Positions 47,018 through 54,721 of a stretch of 54,721 bases of DNA are shown here, one piece after another; the stretch's first letter is position 1, and each line of letters begins with the position of its first letter. This DNA comes from a virus. Taxonomy: Duplodnaviria > Caudoviricetes. The translations under genes and the position numbers were made by a program. Under the pieces are notes generated by a model. The model saw only the letters and a list, made by a program, of their open reading frames with translations, was not told where the DNA came from and ran no database searches. Where the stretch lies: positions 1 to 54,721 of the IMG/VR virus record IMGVR_UViG_3300046010_002013; one strand, given 5' to 3'.

Positions 47018-47620
47018 ATGTCTTCAACTAGCGCACCTTACGGATTTAGACCTTCTTTCCACAACAGTGGTCAGATGCGTCCTAAAGCCTATACAATCGC
47101 AAGCGCATACGCTGCGTCTATTTATTCTGGTGATCCAGTTAAATTAGTCACTGCCGGTACAATTGAACTCGGCACTTCAGACGGTACTCGTTCTGGTACT
47201 GCTGCAGGTATTTCATTACTCGGTATTTTTGCCGGTGTAGAATACTTGGACTCAACTGGTAAACCTACTATCGCTCCATTCTGGACTGGTGGTACTACTG
47301 GTACACAAGTTGTCGCTTGGGTTTATGATGATCCAGAAACGATTTATGACGTTCAATTCGCAAATCCAGGAACAGCGGGAACTGATTCAGTTCAGACTGC
47401 TATCGGTGCTGAATGTGATTGGCGCGTCGCGTCTCCAGGTGGTTCAACATCAACTGGTATCAGCTCAACATACTTAACAGCAGAAGTCGCGACATCTGGT
47501 CAATTCCAGATTACAGGCTATGCATACCTTATCACTGATTCAGCTACTGATGCTTATGTAAACATGACCGTTCGCTTGAACGAATCACAATACAAAGCTC
47601 CAGTTAACAGCGTAAGCTAA
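47018..47620 (+). CDS. Putative capsid decoration/minor head protein
   Basis: APYGFRP, IYSGDPV, GIFAGVEY and VYDDP motifs; directly before the capsid gene. Confidence 0.6.
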   Translation: MSSTSAPYGFRPSFHNSGQMRPKAYTIASAYAASIYSGDPVKLVTAGTIELGTSDGTRSGTAAGISLLGIFAGVEYLDSTGKPTIAPFWTGGTTGTQVVAWVYDDPETIYDVQFANPGTAGTDSVQTAIGAECDWRVASPGGSTSTGISSTYLTAEVATSGQFQITGYAYLITDSATDAYVNMTVRLNESQYKAPVNSVS

Positions 47621-47637
47621 AAGGAGGATATTGAATC

Positions 47638-48552
47638 ATGGCAACTCCAATGAGAAGTACCGATTTTAGATCGGTAGTCGAACCAATCCTTAACGAAGTA
47701 TTTGACGGTGTTTACGATCAACGTGCTGACGAATGGAAACAGGTTTTCAAAGAACAAAAAGGTATTCCCCGTAACTATCACGAAGAACCCGTTCTTTACG
47801 GTTTCGGCGCTGCACCAGAGTTACCAGACGGTATGGCAGTATCTTACCAATCTGGCGGTGTGTTGTTCTTACAACGTTACCTCTACAAAGTATACGGTCT
47901 AGCGTTCAGTCTGACTAAAGTATTAGTAGAAGACGGTGATCATATCCGTATTGGTCAAACATATGCGAAGCACTTAGCGCAATCTTTGATTGAAACTAAA
48001 GAAACTTTATCAGCTAACGTGTTGAACCGCGCATTTAACGGTTCATACGTAGGTGGTGACGGCGTATCTTTAATTTCTACATCGCATCCTATCGTTTCTG
48101 GTACATTTAGCAATCAGTTAACAACGGCTGCTAACTTGTCACAAACTTCTTTAGAACAATTGTTAATTCAGATCCGTAACGCTGTTGACAACAACGGTAA
48201 ACGTATTCGCTTAACACCTAAGAAAATCGTAACAGGTCCTTCAAACGTGTTTCAAGCTGAAGTGTTATTGAAATCAGCATTGCGTGCAGGAACAGCCGAC
48301 AACGACATCAACCCAGTTAAATCAATGGGTTTATTAGCTGAAGGTCAAGCTAACCTTTCTCGTATCACTTCATCTACTGCTTGGTGGATTCAGACTGATG
48401 CACCGGAAGGTTTGAAATTGTTGATGCGTCGTGGTCTTGAAAAATCAATGGAAGGTGATTTTGAAACTGACTCAATGCGCTACAAAGCTACAGAACGTTA
48501 CACTGTCGGGTGGACAGATCCACGCGGCGTTTACGGTACTGCGGGCGTTTAA
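47638..48552 (+). CDS. Major capsid protein (Mu gpT-like)
   Basis: FGAAP, LNRAF...GGDGVSL...HP, ADNDINP and YKATERY..GWTDPRG; strong Shine-Dalgarno and downstream terminator. Confidence 0.88.
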   Translation: MATPMRSTDFRSVVEPILNEVFDGVYDQRADEWKQVFKEQKGIPRNYHEEPVLYGFGAAPELPDGMAVSYQSGGVLFLQRYLYKVYGLAFSLTKVLVEDGDHIRIGQTYAKHLAQSLIETKETLSANVLNRAFNGSYVGGDGVSLISTSHPIVSGTFSNQLTTAANLSQTSLEQLLIQIRNAVDNNGKRIRLTPKKIVTGPSNVFQAEVLLKSALRAGTADNDINPVKSMGLLAEGQANLSRITSSTAWWIQTDAPEGLKLLMRRGLEKSMEGDFETDSMRYKATERYTVGWTDPRGVYGTAGV

Positions 48553-48559
48553 TTGACGG

Positions 48560-48588
48560 AAGGGAGCTTCGGCTCCCTTTCTTTATTT
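48560..48588 (+). terminator. Rho-independent terminator after the capsid gene
   Basis: AAGGGAGC-TTCG-GCTCCCTT followed by TCTTTATTT. Confidence 0.85.
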
Positions 48589-48663
48589 CCGGAAAACAAT
48601 AGGATATGCTGACAGTTCCGGCTGACGACATGCAGACACATATCCACAACTCGCATGTGAGGA
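48589..48663 (+). ncRNA. Pseudoknotted RNA element downstream of the capsid gene (Mu-gpT-DE-like position)
   Basis: Three interleaved perfect helices: CCGGAA/TTCCGG, GGATATG/CATATCC and ACATGC/GCATGT. Confidence 0.6.
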
Positions 48664-48669
48664 ATCAAA

Positions 48670-49122
48670 ATGGCTTCAACCACATTCTCTGGACCAGTGA
48701 CGTCTACTAACGGCTTTATTGGCGCAATCACTGGCTTAGAAACAGTTACTACATTAACAGCAGCATCAACATTGACTACTGCACAAAGTAATACAATTTT
48801 CTTTTTAAGTTCTGCAACTGAATTTGTGACAACACTTCCTGCACCTGCGGCTGGTTTGATGTACACATTCATCGTAGGCGCAGCTCCGTCTGGTGCAAGC
48901 TATACAGTTGTTACTTCGGCAAGTGCAAACATCATTAAAGGTCAAGCTGTTAACGCTGCTGGCGTTGCTGGTGATACTGGTACTGCTGACGACACTATTT
49001 CTTTTGTTGATGGACAAGCTGTTGCTGGCGATCAAGTTACTGTTATCAGTGACGGCACATCGTGGTTTGCAAAAGCGTTTTGCGCGGTTGCGGCTGGTGT
49101 GACATTTACACAAGCAAGCTAA
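48670..49122 (+). CDS. Putative virion structural protein
   Basis: MASTTFSGPVTSTNGF N-terminus; Ala/Thr/Gly-rich beta protein. Confidence 0.65.
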   Translation: MASTTFSGPVTSTNGFIGAITGLETVTTLTAASTLTTAQSNTIFFLSSATEFVTTLPAPAAGLMYTFIVGAAPSGASYTVVTSASANIIKGQAVNAAGVAGDTGTADDTISFVDGQAVAGDQVTVISDGTSWFAKAFCAVAAGVTFTQAS

Positions 49123-49126
49123 TTTG

Positions 49127-49150
49127 ATGAGGCGTTAATTCGCCTCATTT
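49127..49150 (+). terminator. Possible terminator hairpin
   Basis: ATGAGGCG/CGCCTCAT stem with a short T-run. Confidence 0.5.
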
Positions 49151-49169
49151 CAATCAACAGGGGAGCATC

Positions 49170-49580
49170 ATGGCTGACGTAGTAGCATCACAAACATTGC
49201 TTGACGGTGAACGATTGTTTATTGGCAAGTTTACAAATATCTCTGACGGAACGGGTGAAACTGCGGTTGTCAAAATTAATCCATCAACACTTAGCGTGAA
49301 CGCTTATGGTCGCGCATGTAATGGTGTTAAGATTAATAAAATTTGGTCAACCACACATGGCATGGAAGTTCGTATTTTATGGGACGCAACCACAGATGTT
49401 TTTGCATGGATGATTCCGCAAAATACCAATTATCTTATGGATTTTTCTAGTTTTGGTGGTTTGCCTAACAATGCAGGAACTGGATCGAACGGTAATTTGC
49501 TTTTTACAACGCTGGATGCTTCTGCCGGTGATATGTACACAATTGTCATTGAGTGTACTAAAACTTATGCAACGGCTTAA
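49170..49580 (+). CDS. Conserved hypothetical structural protein
   Basis: MADVVASQTLLDG...KFTNISDGTGE and DFSSFGG.PNNAG motifs. Confidence 0.65.
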   Translation: MADVVASQTLLDGERLFIGKFTNISDGTGETAVVKINPSTLSVNAYGRACNGVKINKIWSTTHGMEVRILWDATTDVFAWMIPQNTNYLMDFSSFGGLPNNAGTGSNGNLLFTTLDASAGDMYTIVIECTKTYATA

Positions 49581-49584
49581 AGTT

Positions 49585-49830
49585 ATGAGTAACGAAATGC
49601 AAATCATGCTGTGGAATATTGGGTTATCACTAATAATCACAATTATTGGTGCCATTTTAAAATACAAATGTGATGAACTGACACGAATTAGCATCTTGCT
49701 AAACAAAACTCGCGAAGAAGTAGCGCGTGAATATGTCACAAAAGTGGAAGTTCACACAGAAATTGATCGTTTAATGAGTCGGCTGGAAATTTTAGATGCA
49801 AAGTTAGACAGAATTATAGAAAGGGGTTAA
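49585..49830 (+). CDS. Small membrane-anchored coiled-coil protein
   Basis: N-terminal hydrophobic helix, then LLNKTREE.AREYVTK. Confidence 0.6.
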   Translation: MSNEMQIMLWNIGLSLIITIIGAILKYKCDELTRISILLNKTREEVAREYVTKVEVHTEIDRLMSRLEILDAKLDRIIERG

Positions 49831-49834
49831 TAAA

Positions 49835-50422
49835 ATGAGTAAATCATTAAAATATGTAACAGAGTTCGAGTTTCCTTCTGACAAAGGTTACACAGGATCA
49901 TGCGCAAAAGAACCTGCAAAAGCCTATGCTAAAGGTGGTTCATGCAGTGGATACGCTAAAGGTGGATCATGCGGTGATAGCAAGATGATGAAAGCAAAAG
50001 GCGGTAAAGTTGTTGAACGTGCTACAGGTGAAAAATACCCAAGTCGTGAAGCAATGGTTCGTCATGAATCGCTTGAAACACCAAGAATGCAACGTGAAGA
50101 AGTGGTTAAACGCCAAGTTGTCAAAGCACCACAAAACCGCAAACGCGGTGAACCTATGATCTCTGAAAAAACTCGTAGAGTTCCTGAAGGAGCGTTGAAC
50201 GCTATCGCTAACGCTCAACCTAATGTTCCTGGTAACGTTATGATGAAAAAAGGCGGTGCGACGAAGTCAGCAGCTTATGAAAAGAAAGTAGGTAAAGTTA
50301 TGGGTGAATTTAAAGCCGGTGACCTACATTCAGGTAGTAAAACAGGTCCAGACGTAAAGAATCCAAAACAGGCAATCGCTATCGCATTGTCAGAAGCTAG
50401 AAACGCTACTAAGAAAAAATAG
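49835..50422 (+). CDS. Basic protein with repeated xxKGG motifs
   Basis: YAKGG twice, KAKGG, MKKGG; C-terminal KVMGEFKAG.LHSG...KQAIAIALSEA domain. Confidence 0.65.
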   Translation: MSKSLKYVTEFEFPSDKGYTGSCAKEPAKAYAKGGSCSGYAKGGSCGDSKMMKAKGGKVVERATGEKYPSREAMVRHESLETPRMQREEVVKRQVVKAPQNRKRGEPMISEKTRRVPEGALNAIANAQPNVPGNVMMKKGGATKSAAYEKKVGKVMGEFKAGDLHSGSKTGPDVKNPKQAIAIALSEARNATKKK

Positions 50423-50433
50423 GTGTAATCAAC

Positions 50434-51414
50434 ATGGCATACTCTGGTGAAGTTAGCACAACAGTTTTCAACGCAATAAAGGTGGTAGATCATGCCTTCA
50501 GACGTTGTCGTCTCCCTGCTCAGGCTATCACAGCAGAGATGCAAACTTACGCCTTAGAATCGCTATATTTGCTGCTTTCTGACTTAGCAAACATTAAAAC
50601 ACCAAGCTGGTGTATTGAAAAAGTTATCCTGCCAATGTATGAGAATCAACCGATTGTGACGCTACCAAATGGCACAGTTGAGGTTCTCAATCTAAATTAC
50701 AGAACCTTGCAACCGGTCACTGGCTCAGTGGTGTCAACCTCACTGGCTTACACGGTTAATTTCACCACGCAAACCACTGTTGATACTATTGGTATTGAAT
50801 GGAGCGCAAACGCTGTTCCTTTGACATTTCAAGTTAGCACCAATGGCATTGTATGGGTTACAGTCGGAACGTCGTCTGATACCGCTACAGCAGGTCAAAT
50901 AACATGGACAGACATCTCCGGTGCGCTGGCTTATCAATATTTTAGAATCACATCAACTTTGCCAATTTCTTATACTGCAATCACGATGGGTAATTTGCCG
51001 CAAGAGATTCCTCTCGGTCAGTTGAATCGTGATAGCTATGTTAATCAAAGCAACAAAGTTTTTCCTGGTCGTCCGAGCAATTATTATTTTCAACGTGATC
51101 TGCCACAACCTGTAGTTAATTTATGGCCAGCACCGTTCTCAGCGGCAGAGCAAGCGCAATTAATCCTATGGCGGCATCGTCAAATAATGGATACGCAAAA
51201 TTTACAGCAAGATGTTGAGATCCCACAACGCTGGATTAATGCAATTGTTGATGGATTAGCGGCTGCGGTTGCTAGTGAAACACCGGCAGTTGATATGCAA
51301 TTAATGGCAATTCTCACGCAAAAAGCGGCTATCAGTTTGCAACGTGCTTGGGATGGCGACAATGACGGATCACCAATTCAAATTAATCCTGGCATTGGGG
51401 TTTATACACGATGA
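50434..51414 (+). CDS. Putative head-tail connector/adaptor protein
   Basis: AFRRC, GRPSNYYFQR, NLWPAP and PQRW..A...GLA motifs. Confidence 0.55.
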   Translation: MAYSGEVSTTVFNAIKVVDHAFRRCRLPAQAITAEMQTYALESLYLLLSDLANIKTPSWCIEKVILPMYENQPIVTLPNGTVEVLNLNYRTLQPVTGSVVSTSLAYTVNFTTQTTVDTIGIEWSANAVPLTFQVSTNGIVWVTVGTSSDTATAGQITWTDISGALAYQYFRITSTLPISYTAITMGNLPQEIPLGQLNRDSYVNQSNKVFPGRPSNYYFQRDLPQPVVNLWPAPFSAAEQAQLILWRHRQIMDTQNLQQDVEIPQRWINAIVDGLAAAVASETPAVDMQLMAILTQKAAISLQRAWDGDNDGSPIQINPGIGVYTR

Positions 51415-51713
51415 GCGTATTTCTCGATCCAAGTGGACAGCCAACGTATGGCATTGCCATTTGTGGTCGTTGTTCGCGCAAAATGTTGTTGTCTGAACTT
51501 TCACCGGATCCAAATTATCCTGGTTTGATGGTGTGCAATGAAGATCGTGATGAATACGATCCTTATCGTCTTGCCCCGCGTAGACCGGATCAGATTGTGT
51601 TGCCGTTCAATCGTCCAGACACACCAATTAACACACATCCTGCTGGCGTTATTCAAGAAGCTGGCGATGAATTTTTTATTACCGAGGACGGTAATTTTTA
51701 TTTGGAGATGTAA
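51411..51713 (+). CDS. Cys-rich hypothetical protein
   Basis: AICGRC...PGLMVC...D..DP...RPD. Confidence 0.7.
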   Translation: MSVFLDPSGQPTYGIAICGRCSRKMLLSELSPDPNYPGLMVCNEDRDEYDPYRLAPRRPDQIVLPFNRPDTPINTHPAGVIQEAGDEFFITEDGNFYLEM

Positions 51714-51716
51714 AGA

Positions 51717-53873
51717 ATGTCTGACGTACCAAGCAATTTAATCCCAACGCGGATAACACAACTGCCAATTGCTCCCGAAGCATCAGAAGACAGTTTGATG
51801 ATGATTGTTTATCAAGGTAATAACTATCAAATCAGAGTCGGAGATCTTTTGAGTGTTGCTGGTGTTCCTACGACAACGCAAGTTATTGCTGGAACTGGAA
51901 TGACCGGCGGTGGTCAATTAACTGGTAATGTGACACTTAGTGTTGCAAATGGTGGTATTACTAGTACACAGTTAAGTACCACAGGCGTTGCTGCTGGATC
52001 TTACGGTGATGCCACAAATATTCCTGTTTTTACTGTTGATTCAACTGGACGGGTAACAGCCGCATCAACGATTGCCGCAACCATTTCTGGCTACGTTCCT
52101 ACCACACGTCAAGTGATTGCTGGCACTGGTTTAACTGGTGGCGGTCCGTTAAACGCAAATGTGACGCTTGCCGCTGATTTATCTGATAGTTTACCTTTAG
52201 CTGGATTGACTACTGGATCGGCTGGCGTTGCCACATCTATGTCACGATCAGATCACAAGCATCCGCAAGTGGATTTATCGAGTGCTAATGAAGTTGAAAA
52301 TATATTAGGTTTAAGTCATGGCGGTACAGCAAAAAGTATTGTACCGATGGCAGGTGCTGTTGTTTGGTCTGGTGCTGACGGTCTTTATGTCAGTCCTGCT
52401 GGTACTGCTGGGCAAGTTTTAGTTTCTGGTGGTGCTTCTGCGCCAACATGGGGTAACACGGTTTTAATATCTGACCAACCTGCTAATGTTGTTTATGCCG
52501 GTCCTGTGAGTGGTGTAGACGCGCCTTCAGCGTTTCGCGCACTAGTTAATGCAGATTTACCTTCGTCTGGAGTGACTGCTAACACTTACGGATCATCAAC
52601 CACAGTTCCTGTTATTACAGTCAATTCCAAAGGTATTGTTACTGGTGTTACGACTTCATCTATAATCGGCACGTTGTCATATCAAGGCGGTTGGAACGCA
52701 TCAACAAACGTACCGGCTTTAGTTTCTAGTGTTGGTACTAATGGTTATTATTATGTTGTTACCACTGCGGGTGCTACAAATTTAAACGGTATCACTGATT
52801 GGGTAATTGGTGACTGGGCAATATTTAATGGTACGGTTTGGCAAAAGATTGATCAGACTAATACGGTCACTTCAGTAAACGGTCAAACTGGCGCAGTTAG
52901 CGTTGGCACGGTGACTTCTGTTGCGATGACAGTTCCAACTGGTTTGTCTATTAGTGGTACGCCAATCACAACGTCTGGAACTTTAGCGTTAACATTTGCA
53001 TCTGGTTATTCAATTCCAACGGACGCTAATCAAACAAACTGGACAACAGCTTACACACAAACACAGCAATGGAATGGCGGTAGTACAAACTTAGTAGCGG
53101 CTACAGGTAGAACATCGCTGGGTGGTACGACGGTTGGTCAAAGCATGTTTACGCTGACCAATCCAAGTGCAATCACGTTTCCAAGATTCAATGCAGATAA
53201 CACGGTCAGTGCTTTAAATGCCGCTGATTTTAGAACAGCTATTGGTGCAGGAACAAGTTCAACAACGGGTACAGTAACTTCAGTAGGCGGTACAGGAACT
53301 GTAAACGGTATCACGTTGACTGGAACAGTGACAAGTACGGGAAATTTAACGCTCGGCGGTACACTTAGCGGTGTTAGTTTAACAACGCAAGTATCTGGTA
53401 CGCTTCCAGTATTAAATGGCGGTACTGGCACAACCACGCCAGCATTAGTAGCTGGTTCAAATGTAACTATTTCCGGAACATGGCCAAACCAAACTATTAA
53501 TGCAACCGCGTCGGGCGGATCTGTTACGACAGTTTCTATTGTCAGTGCAAACGGTTTTGCAGGAACTGTTGCAACCGCTACAACAACACCAGCTATTACA
53601 TTGACAACAAGTATCACTGGTGTTCTTAAAGGTAATGGTACAGCTATTTCTGCGGCTACGTCTGGCACAGATTATAGTGCGGGGACTTCTGCTTTAGCTA
53701 CGGGTATTTTAAAAAGCACAACAACAACTGGTGCATTGACTATTGCTGTTGCCGCAGACTTTCCAACACTTAATCAAAACACAACAGGCACAGCGGCAAA
53801 TGTAACAGGAATTGTTGCAGTGGCTAACGGTGGAACGGGCAACGCTAATGGTATCAACGGAGGCACATTTTAA
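51717..53873 (+). CDS. Tail fibre protein
   Basis: Repeated AGTGLTGGG, GTVTSV and xxGGTG motifs; YQGGWNASTN.P domain. Confidence 0.8.
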   Translation: MSDVPSNLIPTRITQLPIAPEASEDSLMMIVYQGNNYQIRVGDLLSVAGVPTTTQVIAGTGMTGGGQLTGNVTLSVANGGITSTQLSTTGVAAGSYGDATNIPVFTVDSTGRVTAASTIAATISGYVPTTRQVIAGTGLTGGGPLNANVTLAADLSDSLPLAGLTTGSAGVATSMSRSDHKHPQVDLSSANEVENILGLSHGGTAKSIVPMAGAVVWSGADGLYVSPAGTAGQVLVSGGASAPTWGNTVLISDQPANVVYAGPVSGVDAPSAFRALVNADLPSSGVTANTYGSSTTVPVITVNSKGIVTGVTTSSIIGTLSYQGGWNASTNVPALVSSVGTNGYYYVVTTAGATNLNGITDWVIGDWAIFNGTVWQKIDQTNTVTSVNGQTGAVSVGTVTSVAMTVPTGLSISGTPITTSGTLALTFASGYSIPTDANQTNWTTAYTQTQQWNGGSTNLVAATGRTSLGGTTVGQSMFTLTNPSAITFPRFNADNTVSALNAADFRTAIGAGTSSTTGTVTSVGGTGTVNGITLTGTVTSTGNLTLGGTLSGVSLTTQVSGTLPVLNGGTGTTTPALVAGSNVTISGTWPNQTINATASGGSVTTVSIVSANGFAGTVATATTTPAITLTTSITGVLKGNGTAISAATSGTDYSAGTSALATGILKSTTTTGALTIAVAADFPTLNQNTTGTAANVTGIVAVANGGTGNANGINGGTF

Positions 53874-54223
53874 TGACAACAATTGAAGATTTAATAGACA
53901 AAATGTTTGAAAGCAGGAATGCTGCTCATATTGAACACTGGAAAACTAAAAATGGCGAAGTTCATCGTGCGCTTGGATCTTATTATGATGATGTTATCGA
54001 AATGACTGACAAGCTCGTTGAAGCGTATCAAGGAACGTTCGGCATCGTTGGTGATGTTGACGGTGAGGTTGATGACGTTACGCGGTTAATACATGATGAT
54101 ATAATTTGGCTTAACGAAAACAGAAGCAAGATTGCAAAAAATATTCCAGCACTTGAAAACATTATTGATGAGTTGACTGGATTACATATGACAACGCTTT
54201 ATAAATTAGAAAATTTGAGGTAA
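53873..54223 (+). CDS. Ferritin/Dps-like helical protein (DUF5856-like)
   Basis: AHIEHWKT...H.ALG.YYD...D.LVEAYQG and NIIDE......TLYKL..L. Confidence 0.7.
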   Translation: MTTIEDLIDKMFESRNAAHIEHWKTKNGEVHRALGSYYDDVIEMTDKLVEAYQGTFGIVGDVDGEVDDVTRLIHDDIIWLNENRSKIAKNIPALENIIDELTGLHMTTLYKLENLR

Positions 54224-54227
54224 CAAC

Positions 54228-54721
54228 ATGGCTCAAACAGGCTATACACCAATACAACTTTACCGCACGACCACTGCCGCTGCTGCTCCTTTGGCTGCTA
54301 ATTTAAACGCGGGTGAGCTTGCTATCAACATTAATGATGCTGATATGGCTCTTTATGCTGAAAATCAATCTGGCGTTGTTAAACGATTGATGAACAATCC
54401 TGCTGGTTTAAAATATCCTACGGTGGACGGAACAAATGGGCAAGTTATAAAAACTGACGGAGCTGGTAATCTTTCTTGGACTGCTGGTGCATCTGGATCA
54501 TATTTGCCGTTGTCTGGCGGCACGATGACGGGTGCGATTACGTTTTCGGCTGGTCAATTTGGAACAAATGTTAATACGTTTTTATCTACGCCATCTAGTG
54601 CAAATTTAGCTGCTGCGTTAACGGATGAAACTGGAAGTGGTGCTGCAGTTTTTGCTACCTCCCCCACTCTTGTAACTCCCGTGCTTGGCACACCTTCTAG
54701 CGGTACGCTGTCATCTTGTAC
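54228..54721 (+). CDS. 5' part of the tail fibre-like protein continuing at 1-479
   Basis: MAQTGYTPIQLY...GELAIN..D..LY; no stop before the window end. Confidence 0.8.
   Translation, partial: MAQTGYTPIQLYRTTTAAAAPLAANLNAGELAININDADMALYAENQSGVVKRLMNNPAGLKYPTVDGTNGQVIKTDGAGNLSWTAGASGSYLPLSGGTMTGAITFSAGQFGTNVNTFLSTPSSANLAAALTDETGSGAAVFATSPTLVTPVLGTPSSGTLSSC
54595..54721. repeat. Terminal direct repeat, copy 2
   Basis: Identical to 1-127. Confidence 0.97.

Noticed and set aside
53138-53668. Antisense and alternate-frame ORFs in the track (also 2253-2591, 11130-11411, 44747-45145, etc.)
   Set aside because: They are shadows of well-supported genes on the other strand or frame.
54595-54721. Biological direct terminal repeat
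   Set aside because: 127 bp is a common assembler k-mer length and the repeat falls mid-gene, so it is most likely an assembly overlap.

Overview
The window is an apparently complete, circularly assembled ~54.6 kb tailed-phage genome; bases 1-127 are repeated exactly at 54595-54721. Gene order is podovirus-like. The + strand runs from 29242 across the junction to 16942: helicase, primase-polymerase, small early genes, terS, a structured non-coding block, terL, portal, GroES-like protein, capsid, tail fibres, lysis genes, tail, then four large internal/ejection proteins. The - strand block (28942 to 16995) holds small early genes, a thymidine hypermodification cluster (PLP enzyme, amino acid:DNA transferase, a two-gene 5-hmdU DNA kinase, dUMP hydroxymethylase, HD hydrolase, DUF3310), a family B DNA polymerase, a Sak4-like ATPase, an SSB, a Cas4-like exonuclease and a RuvC-like resolvase. 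I saw no integrase, repressor, canonical tRNA, CRISPR array or reverse transcriptase. Five things stand out. (1) A compact DNA hypermodification pathway with a split kinase and no radical-SAM gene. (2) A receptor-binding gene whose 3' end looks like a DGR-mutagenised variable region with a target hairpin, although the genome has no visible RT or template repeat. (3) A ~610-nt chain of interlocking RNA-like structures between terS and terL. (4) An ejection protein with two different repeat arrays of matched copy number. (5) A [YFW]AxGG motif shared by four virion-module proteins. All family calls are motif recognition by eye, not database searches.
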